Source: Eledone cirrhosa
Lineage: Eukaryota
Direction: 5' to 3'
DNA: 64,000 bases
Assembly: GCA_964016885.1 (NCBI GenBank)
Contig: OZ024757.1
Location: 11,904,001 to 11,968,000, forward strand
The notes under the pieces were generated by a model that made no database searches, was not told the DNA's origin, and saw only the letters and a list, made by a program, of their open reading frames with translations. Positions 40,741 to 55,878 of the stretch are shown piece by piece. The position numbers were made by a program, and so were the translations under genes. Every line of letters starts with the position of its first letter. The first letter of the stretch is position 1.

Positions 40741-40899
40741 GATATGCCTCATATGAAATAATACAGCCAATTTTCCAGCACCCCGAACCTTTAATTAGGA
40801 ATATACTCACTTATTTCCTAATGTTTGTTGAGTGAGTTGGAATTTGGCCGGCGTATCGCTAAAAAGCTTTCTCCGATAATGTATATATATATATAATTA

Positions 40900-41908
40900 G
40901 GCACTACAACGGAATTGGCTGTCAGAAGTGAAAGTAGAAGAATGTGACGTCATCTGACGTCATTCGTCAACCTTCGTATATTTCCGTATCCCCACCACCA
41001 CCATGTGTAAATAAATAAACTTTGAAATCACCACCTTTGATGCATAGTCATAGTTATCAAATTAGAAAACAAATGAAGTTCAGGGGGCCGACATTACCGA
41101 CTTTCTTAAAAAAACACAATTTAACACGGGTAACTACAAGATAACCTTGTTTTGTAATACTGGCAGAAATTGAAGAAAATTTTCCCCATTGAGATTATTT
41201 ATGGATGGTTGATACTCAGCTGCCAGGAACACAGGAGGGAATTAGTATATAAAGTCCTTGACGATTGCTTGTGCTTTCGAAATATTTAAAATTCTCTATA
41301 ATTTCCTTTTTATCACGTCCCAAGCAGTAACACTTCGAATATTTCAATAAATATTAACCAGTTACTCCCGTTTTCGTTCTTTCTTTAATGTGGTAGAGGA
41401 TATACTATTTGACTGCTATTTCTAGCAACTTCAATGACCACATAATTGGTTTGTGATTTTGTATTAAAGTGTAAGGGTTTACACAACCATTTATGAATTT
41501 CTAAGAGATACGTTTACGATGAGATACACTTATTAAAAATACTTTCATTGCATAGTTCCGTTTGTAAAGGCTTTAATTTACTGTACTACTCGGGAGCCTT
41601 TTAATGACATACAGGATTAAGTCCATGTTTTTTCAACCAATTAATGGTATCTGCTGTAGTAGGGGTAGCGATGGATATATGGCGATGATTAATTCCACGC
41701 TGGGGTATAATGTAGAATTCATATTTTTCAACTTGCAAATACGTGTATTATCCAAAATTGAAAAACCAAGTTTTACATCAACGTTGTGATTTCAAAGTTT
41801 ATTAATTTACACATGGTGGTGGTGGGGATACGGAAATAAACGAAGGTTGACGAATGACGTCACATTCTTCTACTTTCACTTCTGACAGCCAATTCCGTTG
41901 TAGTGCCA
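40900..41908. mobile_element. Non-autonomous TIR DNA transposon, ~110-bp TIRs with GGCACT/AGTGCC ends (superfamily uncertain, possibly Merlin-like)
   Basis: GGCACTACAACGGAATTGGCTGTCAGAAGTGAAAGTAG... has its reverse complement ending at 41908. Absent from the paralogous 19.3-kb site. No clear TSD. Confidence 0.8.
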
Positions 41909-42044
41909 TATATAAACATGATGGTCACGGCTGGAACAACATTAATTATAAGTCTGCTCAATCATACTAACATGGGATTTAAATTGAGCAAAGGTGGAGT
42001 TGTCTCCCTTGGGAGATTACAAGGTTACGTTTGTTTATATATAC

Positions 42045-44882
42045 CATCATTATCATCTTCAACATTATCATTTAACCTTCATTTTTATCACACCTGCATG
42101 GATTAAACAGGTTGTCACGTTATGAGACATGTCAGGTGTGGAGACCAGGTCTCATATGGATGTGTATTTTGGTTTGGTTTCTACGGCTGGATGTCCTTCT
42201 TAACACGAAACACGTTACAATGTGGACTGCACACTTTTGTATGACCACCTTACAGGATGAACTGGGTGTTTTTATTGTTGTAGCATCAACGAGGTGTGTG
42301 GGATATTTAGCAGGTGAGGGCAGGGTCTTATGAATAGGGAGGGGTGAAGAGAAGATTGGTGCAGACTAGTGTGTTCTCTACATGTTTGTATCATTTCATT
42401 TTCAGCACATGGGAAGGGGGGGGGGTCTTCTACAGAACAGCATGACGCCAGAGGTCTCGATCCAGTGACATTTCCATTGAGAGGTTTAATTGGGCAAGGT
42501 GAGCTTTTATTATTTCATCCCAAGCGTTCCTACGTCTTCCTCTTTCATAGTTAACATCTACTTTGACAACCCTGTATCTTTTATACAGCTGTCACCTTCC
42601 ATATACATCATATGTCCAAACCACCACAATCTCATCTCCTCTACACTGCATGGGACCTCTCTTATACCTAGTTTCTCTCTCAGTTTATTAATGCTTGTTG
42701 TTCATGCACACTATTACACATCTATCAGATCCTGTAAACTTCATTTCTTTCCAGTCTTTATAGGTCCTCTGAATATATTGCCCTGGTCTTACTTCAATAT
42801 AACATTACTGTTCGTACACAGACTTCATACAATCTGCCTTTCACTTTCAGGGGAAATTATTTTGTAGGCAGCAGTAGTAGTAGCTCCCTAAACTATTTCC
42901 ATCCCATTCTCACTCAGGCTACTGTACCTTCAGAACACCCACCTCCACTGTTAATTTGGTCATCTAGTTAACAGAAATTATGAACCGGTTTCTACAGAGC
43001 CTTCTGGACATTTAACCCTTTAGCATTTAAACCAGCCATACCTAGCCAGAATACTCTCACATCTTTCTGTTCAAACCGGCCATAACTGGCCACTCATACC
43101 GACATTAAGATATTGTTCTCAATATAAATAATATCAATATCTCATAGATTCGATATTATGTGAGATAATTATGTAAGGTAAAGCCTTTACCACAAAAATA
43201 CAATAGTATATATAGAGTAATGTAAATGCTAAAGGGTTAAAGTAGCTTATTATTTTGTGAGCTCTTGCTACTTATTGCTCTTGTGCATCAAGCACATACA
43301 AAACTTACATTCTTTTGCTAACCTCACTGAGATCCAACTGCATCTCTTGTTTATCCATAGTTTGGAATTTCTCCCTACTTTCCTTCAGACTGAGCAAAGC
43401 CATTTTCTTGGGGGGGATCTAGGCCTTGTTTTCCTTTCTATTTTGCCAAGTTAACTTTAAAACATTTTCATTCTAGGCCATGCTTCCAGGTTTGGAATTT
43501 CTCCGCTAATTTTACCATAGATTAAGCTACAAGGTTTCAATCTTGTACATACAGGAGTTCCCATGGACAGTCAGTCTTAAACTCTTATGTAATAGCCTGC
43601 AGGATGATAATAAATAGAAGAGGGGTAATAACAGAGCCCTGATAGACTTGCTCACTCAACACCTCACTATAGCCATCATTACTTTTAACCTTACTGACTG
43701 TTCCTCCATACATGGCTTTTACTGCTCTCACAAGCCCCTCATATACCCCTAGTTTTCTAAGTTATACACCAGATTATGGAACGAGGAAGTCTCACAGAAG
43801 CTCTCTCTGGGTCAACTAATGCCAAGTAGAGGGGCTTATTTTAGCTAGGTACTACTCTTGCGGTTGCCACACAAGGAAGAGGACATCAGCGGTACTTTTA
43901 CTTGGCACAAATCCAAACTTCATCTCATCTAGGATAACTTGGTCCCTAATCAGCTGTGTTATAACACTAACATCTTCATGAAGTGGTCCATCCAATGTCT
44001 CTATAGTTTTCTAGCTCTAGTACATCTCATTTGCCCTTGTAGCAGTTGATGATTTATTTGGTATGACACCATTTTGTATTACTTGCTTCACGATACCAGT
44101 GGTTAAGATGTGACCCACCACCCCAGATACTTTCAGTATCTCAGCAACTATCACCAATGGACAAGATACTTTCCCTGTCTTCATATCCTTAATTACCTTA
44201 CTACGCTACTGCTTACTTGTATGGCTGGACCCTCTGTTGGGCCCACTTTCCATAGACTATCTTCCTCCCATGCATTCTCCTCATTCAGTAATTTTTCATA
44301 AAGGTATTTCCATGTTACAAAGGTTGGCTGAAAAGTTCATAGACTATTAATGATATCATAATGCTAGAGCTGTGAAATCTTGCCTGCATTAATTTCAACT
44401 CTTCTTATTAATAAATGCATTGTTTCCTTCCAGGGACTATGTTGAAAAATAAACTTCATTTGGTCATTCCATGAGAGTATCTTGGTCTGCCTATGAACTT
44501 TTCAGCTGACCCTATTCAGCATCAGTGAGGGCAAGTGTCCCATTATCATCCTGGACACACTTTACCCCAACATCACAATTTTCCCTCACACAGTGCCTCA
44601 CAATCATGAACATCTCATGTATTTCATCCTCACATCATAAAACCAGCTGAAATTATATATTCACTGCTTCCCTCCTTGCAAAGAATACTTCTTGCCTAGC
44701 TTCCTGGTAGTGTACCCTCCAGCTTCCTCCATCCTGCCATTATTCCATGCCTGTCTCTTGGCCTTAACTGTCTCATCTACCCTAGTGTTTCACCACCAAG
44801 TTATACTCCTTCACTCTGAAGCCCTGCTCCAGCCACAGATCTAGTTTGACACCTTCAGCAAAGTTTCTTTGAAGAACTCCCA
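42045..44882 (-). mobile_element. Degenerate RTE LINE (segmental copy 3)
   Basis: Direct copy of ~19470-22310 with the same two MITEs. Confidence 0.9.
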
Positions 44883-44885
44883 CAG

Positions 44886-45748
44886 TACAACGCCGGGTAC
44901 CACTGCTAGTATATATATATAAAACTGAGGATGTCTGTCTCTGTGTGCGTATGTTTGAATCCCTAAAACTCCAGAAGCATCAAACCGACTGTTTTCAAAC
45001 TTTACACATGTAATACTTATGTTTCAGGGAGTGTTCTGAGCAAAAAGAATTTCAAATGTTCAATGCCCTAGGGACCACATTAGGCGATTTAGCGATCTCT
45101 CTCTATAATTCTTAGTCTTTCTCCTTTTCGATAGATACATACATATAACGTCGCGCCCTTATAATATCTGTCTATATGTCTGCTGTCTGCATTACGTCAC
45201 TTCCCTGGGGATGTCTGTGTGTGTGTGTATGTGCGTATGTTTGTGTATATGTATGTGTGTATGTGCAACTTTTTGATCCCCTAGGGCCCACATTACGTGA
45301 AAAACTGGGTTTTTTTAGGTTTTTAGTTGCTTTTGAGGTGTTACATCAGACGGATTTCCTTGAAATTGTAACTATGTATTTGTCAGTCTCTTCTTCATAC
45401 CGCGAGCAAAGAAAATCCAATATTTTTATGGTCTAGGGTGAAAAACTTCCTTTTTTCAGACTCTTAGGGCTTTTTGGAGGCGTTAGGTCTAACCGATTTT
45501 CCCGAAATTTCAAGGCATATTATGCACGTAAAAAAATTCATTTTCTTGATCTCTAGGGCCCGCATTAGGTGAAAACCTACATTTTTCCTGCTTCCTCGAG
45601 GAAAATCTTAAAGATTATCCAGCCATCAGAGATTTTGGTTTATTTTCTTTACATATTGTCCAGGCATGCAGTTTTTCCACGATTAGGTCTGTTGGGGGCC
45701 CGCGTTCCAAAATACCTTATCCCGTGCAACGCCGGGTACCACTGTTAG
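44886..45748 (+). mobile_element. Helitron 3' stub (44886-44909) plus non-autonomous Helitron H4
   Basis: Inverted paralog of 24578-25541. Ends CCCGTGCAACGCCGGGTACCACTGTTAG|T. Confidence 0.85.
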
Positions 45749-45894
45749 TATATAATAAATGTGAAGACTAAAATCCGAAGAGGGCTCGATAAGGATAAAT
45801 ATATATCAAATATATAAAAACCTCAGAGCAAATATTAAAAGAACAGATTAAAGTTTAAGCAAAGAATATATATACATATATATGAGTGTATATG

Positions 45895-45899
<5 letters not shown>

Positions 45900-45946
<47 letters not shown>

Positions 45947-48845
45947 TAGATAGATAAATATACACGGGTGTGTATGATTGTGTATAGAAGATTATATTAA
46001 TAAGAGGAATTCCAACTTTGTCTGATTTACTCGTTTTATTTACAATCCTTTAAACTTTATAATGGTATTATAATGAAATAGTATGATAGAATATTAAATT
46101 CTAAGTGTTAATTGAACAAGTACTTTCATGCTTTCGCAATATTCAGGTTCATAATATGTGGTGACAGTCAAGTTTGCAATTTTCAACTGTAATAAGATGG
46201 GTAAATTTTCTACCTTTTATACATTTTATACAGGGAAAAGTGGCTCCAGAATGCTAAATCTTGCAAACTGTATTTTGACCAATCAGTGGTAGTTTCACTG
46301 AATTACTAAAGCTGATTGGTTTAAGCGTCACGGCTCTGTTGAGCATGTCTAACGACCAATAATTAATCATATCCAAAGCATCAATTGTTTTGCTATTTTT
46401 AGAAATGATGAAAATAGCATTTTCTATTAATCATCACCATCAACATCACTTTTATTATTATTATTATTATTATTGTTGTTGTTGTTGTTGTTGTTGTTGT
46501 TAGTGGTCGTAGTCATAGTGATAGTAGAAGTAATACCCCTAAGCGTTATTATTGTTCATTTAGCTTGGGTTTGAATTTATCAATAAAATTCTTTTGTTTG
46601 ATTTTTCTCTTGATTTCACTTGTGCTGTGTAATTTGTAGAATGGGAATATTATAAATATTCCCTGACCACATGTTGCTAGATGGTTACTTAGGGGTATCT
46701 GACGGACATTTGGGTCTCTGATTTGTTGACGGTGTACCCGTGCACGTTCCGATAGTGCATTTCCAGTTTGACCGACATGTAGTTCTTCACAATTCGGTCA
46801 TTTAATGCAGTAAATTAGATTTCTGCTTTTGCAGTTCATATTTGCATTTGGGAATATTTTTCCAGTTTTTGTTTTCATATAGCCGGCGTGTATGGATTGA
46901 CATGTGCCGCATCGACTATCATTGCATTTAGATACAGTGAATGATTGGTCTTTGTTGTTAAGGTCAAACTTTGCTTTTGTTAGTAATTGCTTCAAATTTT
47001 TTGGCTGTCTTTTACTAAGAGTCAAAGATCGATCTGTGATTAAGCCTTTTAATTCATTACTTTGAGCATTACTTTGATCGGTAGGTTTGCTTTGGCAGTG
47101 TTGAAGATATTCTGGTGACATGGGTTGTGTGTCATTATAAACGGTATGACCACTTCTTGGTTTCTTCTTCCTTGGGTTGTCCTAAGTTGTTGTATAGGTA
47201 TTTTTATAACCCGCTGTATGCCATTTTCTATAAGTAGAGATGGGTATTTTTATTTGAGCAAAAATTCTCTTAGTTCTGTTAGGCGTTTGTACCTGGTATT
47301 CGTATCTTCTACAATGGTACAAAATCTTCTGGCTAGGCAGTATGGGATGTTGCGTCTTGTATGAGGTGGATGGCACGACTTAAAATTCAGATATTGATGG
47401 GTGTCTGTGTGTTTATAATATATATCCGTGGTAATGGTGGTGTTGTTTTTGATTATCATTATATCTAGGAATGGTAATTTGCTCCTACTCATCTCTTTTA
47501 TGAATTGGAGAGATGGGTGTAGGTTATTCAGGAGGATATTGAACTCATCCAGAGTATCTAGAGATTCTGTCCAGATGATGAAACAGTCGTCAAGGTATCT
47601 CTTCCAAGATTTTTCAATGTACTTTCTAAAGTCAGTACTATATTTTTCCTCTATTTCTTGGTAGAGTTGTTGTTCTAAGTATCCCATTACAGAGTTCGCG
47701 TAAACGGGAGCAAACTTCGTTCCCATCGCTGTGCCTCTAATTTGGATGTAATCCTTTCCATTGAAGAAGAAAGTGTTGTTTTCCAGAATAAGTTTAACTG
47801 CGTCTTATTAGACGCAGTTAAATGGCGCTGTGAATCTGATGGAAATCACTTCTCTATGTTTTTCCACCCAGTATTTAACCGCCTTTATTCCTAAATCATG
47901 TGTAATGTTGGTGTAAAGGCTTACCACATCAAAACTGAGTAGAAGTGAATTCGTTTCCGTGGTTTTGGGAAGATGGGACAGGAAGTCGATATCATCCCGG
48001 ATGAAACTGGGTATGTGAATACATAGTGATTTCAAAATAATTGTTTCTACTTTAGGTACAAGGCCAGCAATTACCCAGTGCATTACTGGTACTTTATTAA
48101 CATAGTGGTTTCAAAATAATGTCAACAAAATTGCTTAGACGGTGGGTCTCTGATTTGTTGACGGTGTACCCAAGTGAAATCAAGAGAAATATCAAAGAAA
48201 AGAATTTTATTGATAAATTCAAACCCAAGCTAAATGAACAATAATAACGCTTAGGGGTATTACTTCTACTATCACTATGACTACGACCACTAACAACAAC
48301 AACAACAACAACAACAACAATAATAATAATAATAATAATAAAAGTGATGTTGATGGTGATGATTAATAGAAAATGCTATTTTCATCATTTCTAAAAATAG
48401 CAAAACAATTGATGCTTTGGATATGATTAATTATTGGTCGTTAGACATGCTCAACCAGCCGTGACGCTTAAACCAATCAGCTTTAGTAATTCAGTGAAAC
48501 TACCACTGATTGGTCGAAATACAGTTTGCAAGATTTAGCATTCTGGGGCCACTTTTCCCTGTATAAAATGTATAAAAGGTAGAAAATTTACCCATCTTAT
48601 TACAGTTGAAAATTGCAAACTTGACTGTCACCACATATTATGAACCTGAAGATTGCGAAAGCATGAAAGTACTTGTTCAATTAACACTTAGAATTTAATA
48701 TTCTATCATACTATTTCATTATAATACCATTATAAAGTTTAAAGGATTGTAAATAAAACGAGTAAATCAGACAAAGTTGGAATTCCTCTTATTAATATAA
48801 TCTTCTATACACAATCATACACACCCGTGTATATTTATCTATCTA

Positions 48846-48878
<33 letters not shown>
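45900..48878 (-). mobile_element. Penelope-like element (RT + GIY-YIG), 5'-truncated, with an inverted copy of its 3' region (pLTR)
   Basis: RT motifs SFDVVSLYTNI, GTAMGTKFAPVYAN, WKRYLDDCFIIW, LPFLD and TTDIYYKHTDTHQYL. Endonuclease region KCNDSRCGTC...NCKSRNLIYCI...HVGQTG. Inverted arms at ~45955-46622 and ~48172-48850. Flanking direct repeat ATATGAGTGTATATGTATGT at ~45880 and ~48879 is a probable TSD. Confidence 0.92.
48641..48679 (+). ncRNA. Putative minimal type I hammerhead ribozyme in the Penelope-like pLTR (mutated mirror copy at 46113-46151, minus strand)
   Basis: TGAAC-CTGAAGA-TTGCGAAAGCAT-GAAA-GTAC-TT-GTTCA: stem I TGAAC/GTTCA, palindromic stem III GTAC. The mirror copy core reads CTGAATA. 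Confidence 0.75.
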
Positions 48879-48885
<7 letters not shown>

Positions 48886-49178
48886 TGTATATGTATGTGT
48901 GGGGAAATTTCTGTCCATAAATATGATTGTATCTTCATTTGTGTATATGTATATCTTTATGTGAGTATAATTACGTGTGTATAAATATGTGTATCTGTGT
49001 GTACATATGTGTATATTTATATATGTGTTCTTATATAGATGTGTGCACATCTGGATATATAATCAGTGTCTGCTCTAGCTCTCACAGTAAAAATCCCAGT
49101 GAGGTGAAGCGGCTTCTATATTTTGAGGTCGATAAATGAAATACTGATTCTGTCTGTTTGTCATTGTGTGTCTACTCT

Positions 49179-49305
<127 letters not shown>

Positions 49306-49314
49306 GTATATATA

Positions 49315-49615
49315 TATATAAAACTGACGATGTCTGTCTCTGTGTATGTGTGTTTGAATCCCTAAAACTCGAGAACCACCCAACAAACTGTTTTCAAACT
49401 TTACACATGTAATACTTATGTTTCAGGTAGTGTTCTGAGCAAAAAGGAATTTCGAATTTTCAATGCCCTAGGGACCGCATTAGGCGATTTAGCGAACTCT
49501 CTCTATAATTCTTAGTCTTTCTCTTTTTAGATAGATACATACATATAACGTCGCGCCCTTATAATATCTGTCTGTATGTCTGCTGTCTGCATTACGTCAC
49601 TTCCCTGGGGATGTC

Positions 49616-49648
<33 letters not shown>

Positions 49649-50955
49649 CTGTGTCTGTGAGTTTGAATCCCTAAAACTCGAGAAGTACCCAACCGATTCT
49701 TTTCAAACTTTACATGTGTATTACTTATGTTTCAGGGAGTGTTATGCACATAAGAATTTCAACTTTTTCATCCCCTAGGGCCCATATTACGTGAAAAACT
49801 GCGTTTTGTTTCAGGTTTTTAGCGGTTTTTAAGGTGTTACGTCAGACCGATTTCCTTGAAATTGTAACTATGTATTAGTCAGTCTCTTTTTCATACCGTA
49901 AGCAAAGAAAATCCAACTCTATTATCGCCTAGGGCCCGCATTAGGTGAAAAACTTCATTCTTTCAGCCTCTTAGGGCTTCTTGGAGGCGTTACGTCTAGC
50001 CGATTTTCCCGAAATTTCAAGGTATATTATGCACATAAAAAAAAATTCACTTTCTTGATTCCCTAGGGCCCGCATTCGGAGAAAACCTGCATTTTTCCTG
50101 CTTCACCGAGGAAAATCTTAAAGATTATCCAGCCATCAGAGTATTCGGTTTATTTTCTTTACATATTGTCCAGGCATGCAGTTTTTCCACGATTAGGTCT
50201 ATTCGCAGCCCGCGTTCCAAAATACCTTATCCAGTGCAACGCCGGGTACCACTGATAGTATATATATAAAACTGAGGATATCTGTCTGTGTGTGTGTGAG
50301 TTTCAATCTCTAAAACTGGAGAAGCACCAAACCGACTGTTTTCAAACTTTACAGATGTAATACTTATGTTTCAGGGAATCAAAGTTTACATGTGTATTAC
50401 TTTTTGATCATCTAGGGCCCGCATTAGGTGAAAAACTGCGATTTTTCAGTTTTTTAGGGGTTTTTTGAGGCGTTACGTCAGACCGATTACCTTGAAATTG
50501 TAACTATGTATTAGTCAGTCTCTTCTTCATACCGCGAGCAAAGAAAATCCAACTTTTTATGCCCTAGGGCCCACATTAGGTGAAAAACTTCATTTTTTCA
50601 GCTTTTTAGGGCTTTTTGGAGGCGTTACGTATAGCCACTTTTCTCGAAATTTCAAGGCATATTATGCACATAAAAAAAATTATTTTCTTGAATGCCTAGG
50701 GTCTACATTTTTCCAGCTTCATCGAGGAAAATCTTAAAGATTATCCAGCCATCAGAGTATTCGTTTTATTTTCGGTTTATTTTCTTTACATATTGTCCAG
50801 GCATGCAGTTTTTCCACGATTAGGTCTGTTGGCTGCCCTGTTCCAAAATACATTATCCCGTGCAACGCCGGGTACCACTGCTAGTATATATATAAAACTG
50901 AAAATGTCTGTCTGTGTGTGAGTTTGAATCCATAAAACTCGAGGAGCACCAAACT
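49315..50955 (+). mobile_element. Head-to-tail array of non-autonomous Helitrons: H5 (49315-50258), H6 (50260-50884, internally deleted), H7 5' stub
   Basis: Each 3' hairpin with (C/A)TAG|T is followed immediately by the next 5' end, TATATATAAAACTGA. Confidence 0.88.
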
Positions 50956-51588
50956 GTACTTTATGGTCGTCATGTTGGGGACATATCAAAAGAACCCAGT
51001 CCACCCTGTAGAGTAGGTTTGGTAGCGACACAAACGTCTAGCCCCCAATATCGTGATGGTGACACCACAAAATACGCCCACCCCAAACTTGGTGACAAGA
51101 TGAAAAGCGTCGAGCCGACACTGTAAAGTGGTCGAGTTGTTGACGTGATAAAAAGTTCCCAGTCCACACTGTAATTTGGTCATTTTGGTGCTACGACAAA
51201 AGCGACCACTCCATACTGTAATCTGGTCACGTTGGTAACACGACAAAAAGCGTCCAGTTCATGCTGTAAAGTTGTCGTTTTGGAGCCATGATAAAAACAC
51301 TCAGTCTCCACACTGAAAATGTGGTTGACGTTAAAAGGGAAGACGTAGAGACCAAGCTAGAAACAGTTCTGTATGAGCAAGACACAGTCATCTGATCCCA
51401 CAATAGGGCAATTAGTCTGACCCATGCTAGCGTGGCGTTAAACAGTGATAAGGATGATGACACACAGACCACGTGATGTAGTAAACTACCAGGGGATATA
51501 ACTCCACTTTAGCTTTATATAAATCTCGCCTTAGAATGATTGAATAATCCTTTATTTAAAGTTGTTCCAGCTGTGACCATCACGTTTC

Positions 51589-51655
<67 letters not shown>

Positions 51656-52767
51656 ATGTGTGACTAAATTGCAGAATATGGCCGATGTATATTTAGAGCT
51701 AGAGGGTTAGTTGGCTGCTATTTCTACCATGTCAAGTAACTAGGTAAGAGACTCTCTCGTTGATACGTAATAAATATTTTACTGGGAGATGTTTGTTTGT
51801 TTTACCAGGGGTTGGATAGAATAGATGGAGTGAATTGATATAACTGAAAGTCTTTCTGAAGGTATTAAATCATGTTAGGGACTTTTAACGTATGACACCG
51901 GTGTTATTTAACAACGGGGAAACATTGTCACGGACACCACGTACCTGGTATCTTAATTATAACTTTAATTAATCTAATTATATCTTGTGTATCAATTATC
52001 TCATGTTAAGGTGAAAGTTAATATTCTGTAGATAACATAGAGTGAGCTACATGTTCCAGGGTAGGTGTTCCATCTCCTACATGATTAAATATTTCATTTC
52101 ATGAGAAACTACGCTACATCGTGAATTGGTTGTTCCACATTTTACAGGACAGTGAGAAATAGGTTTAAATCACCAACATCTGAACAATTTGCTTCCCTGG
52201 TCTTTCTTGACTTTACACTTGGACTTGAAATATAAAGTACGTATTATTTGTATTGTTAACACAGCAGATATTGTGTACTTTTCTACACTCCGTGGTGAAC
52301 AATCCGGGTTTATTAAGACACACGTATACAGAAATAAACACACAATCATATAGTATGCCACCTCATCCCGAATATACACACACACACACACACTCGTTCC
52401 TATCATCAGTCTTATACTGTCATGTCTATTCTTACTTTACAGTTGTGTCAACTGAGAGTTCCATTATAATCTGTAGTAGAAGAATGACTTTGACCAGAAC
52501 ATCTGCCATCAGTCATTTATAAACAAAACATCTTGTTTTAGACTACATGGCATCCATTAACTATAGCCACCTTTCTTAACAAAGAAATAGAAGTATTTTT
52601 CTCTACGACAATATATATGTAGCACTTGGAGAGGACTCACTTTGCTACAAGAATTTTATTGGTAGGTAGAAAATATATCTACATTGCATATTTTCCACAT
52701 GTGTAAACATAGTTCTAAGACAAAACACAGATATTTCCCAACTTTTAAGAATTCTTCAAGAATTACT

Positions 52768-53800
<1,033 letters not shown>

Positions 53801-54652
53801 TTAAGAAAAAATTGTCACAGAAATTTCGATTCTAGAAGTAGCTGGATACAACACATACAATGGAGGGAAACCTTTTAACTGTGAAACATGAGATATCCTT
53901 CCTCTGATAATTGTAAACTTATTGTTCACCAACATCAAATGTGAATGTTTGACAGTTTAACATTGCTTGTCATTCTTTCAAATATATTTTCATTTGTAAT
54001 TAAAATCTTGCCCATATATATCCCTGTCTTTTTAAATTCTCTTTTTATCTATGGGAGAAATTTCAGTACTTTTTAGCCAGCAAGATCATTCTCTGTTGTG
54101 TGTAATTGAGGGACACACTATTTCATCCTTATGGGGTCAATAAAATAAAGTACCAGTGATGCACTGGGGTAACTGCTGGCCTTGTGCCAAAAGTAGAAAC
54201 AATTATTCTATGTACTATACATGCACCTTTGATGAGTTGTAGTGCACCTGAGCATTGTACACAATAATTTCATCGGTAGAGGGTCGGACACCATGCTTTG
54301 CAGCAAAGAGTTACGGCCCCTTATGATCTGAGTTCAAATCCCGTCGAGGTTAACTTTGCCTTTCATCCTTACGGGGTCGATAAAATAAAGTACCAGTAAT
54401 GCACTGGGGTAATTTTTGGCCTTGTGCCAAAAAGTAGAAACATTTATTATTATAAGCACACACATCATCATCACCACTATTTACACACACACGTAGCCAA
54501 ACAGTGAGAGAGGGAGACAGGATATAGGAATGGCTAAAGAAAGAAAGCTAGCTTTACTTGTTTATTGTGACAAGATACGAATCTGTGGCTAAAGAATAAG
54601 AAGATAGAACAACGTTAATGGCGGGGAAAGGTGAGAAAATCTTTGAAATTTC

Positions 54653-55334
54653 GGAACTGTAATGGTATTAGCTGTCAGAAGTGAAAGTAGACGAAGGTGA
54701 CGACATTCGTCAATCTTCTCAATTGTAAACATCGTTTATTTCTGTATCACTGCGCGTTATTTTAATTTAAAAAAATCAAATTTGTTTCACCAACCCTATA
54801 CATTTATGAAGAAATGTTTAGAAAACAAATTTTTTTCACCAACTTTATTCAAAAGCATGGATACAGATGACGAATATGTTCTAATAACGTTTGGAAAATT
54901 TCACCTTTAAATTCATACCGCCACATGAATTCACTTACATGGGTTTGAAGCAAATTTCTGGCTCTTCCGTTTTCCCTTTTATTCCTATTCTTTACATGTT
55001 TCCACAAGTATTCTAAACATTTCTTCATAAATGTATAGGATTGGTGAAAAAAATTTGATAATCATATATTTTTTTATAAACTTAAATTTGTTTTCTAATT
55101 TGATAACCATGACTTGTTTTCTAATTAACTTAAATTTGTTTTCTAATTTGGTCCTTTTAAGGGCCACCTATATTTTCATTTAAGTTAACTCCACTTACAT
55201 CGATATGCTTTATTTTTTTTATTAAAATAACGCGCGGTGATACGGAAATAAACGATGTTTACGATTGAGAAGGTTGACGAATGACGTCACCATCGCCTAC
55301 TTTCACTTCTCACAGCTAATACCATGACAGTGCC
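54653..55334. mobile_element. TIR element related to 40900-41908 (~125-bp TIRs)
   Basis: GGAACTGTAATGGTATTAGCTGTCAGAAGTGAAAGTAG ... CTACTTTCACTTCTCACAGCTAATACCATGACAGTGCC. Absent from the paralogous site at ~15548. Confidence 0.8.
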
Positions 55335-55878
55335 ATGGGCCATTCTGTGTTCAAATCCCGCCGAGGTTAACTTTGCCTTTCATCCTTACGGGGTTGATGA
55401 AATAAAGTACCAGTAATACTGGGTATTTGCTGGCCTTGTGCCAAAAGTGGAAACTATTTCTTTGGTTGTTTAGTAAAATATAAGACAAGAGATTACATGT
55501 GAAGAGGATAAGTTGAGATTTACTTGAAGTCTCTAATAATGTGTGTAAATAATAGAATTATGTGAAGCTAACGATACAGTAATTAGAAGTGAACATATTT
55601 CACTTTGGACATATTTCTTCCTCGTCACTTTTATATACAGGAAAATACTTCTAGACTGAAATGTTGTCTTATTTGGGTTTTATTATTGACCCCCCACCTC
55701 TCGATTTCTGGGGGGGGGATATATAGTTTTTTATATTATCAGTGCCTCCTCCCCCCTTGGTACCACCTCCGGATGCTCCCCTTCCCAATCATACTTGCCC
55801 TACAGCCAGGGATACTCCCCTTCCCCATCATACCCCCTACCCCAGGGATACTGCCCTCCCCGGGATAAACCTCCTCCT

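Noticed and set aside
40900-41908. Autonomous transposase inside the TIR element
   Set aside because: No long ORF or recognisable DDE motif, and no clear TSD to fix the superfamily.
45755-45792. Possible hammerhead GTGAAGACTAAAATCCGAAG (mirror at 24535-24565)
   Set aside because: Both core boxes deviate and no stems I-III could be paired.
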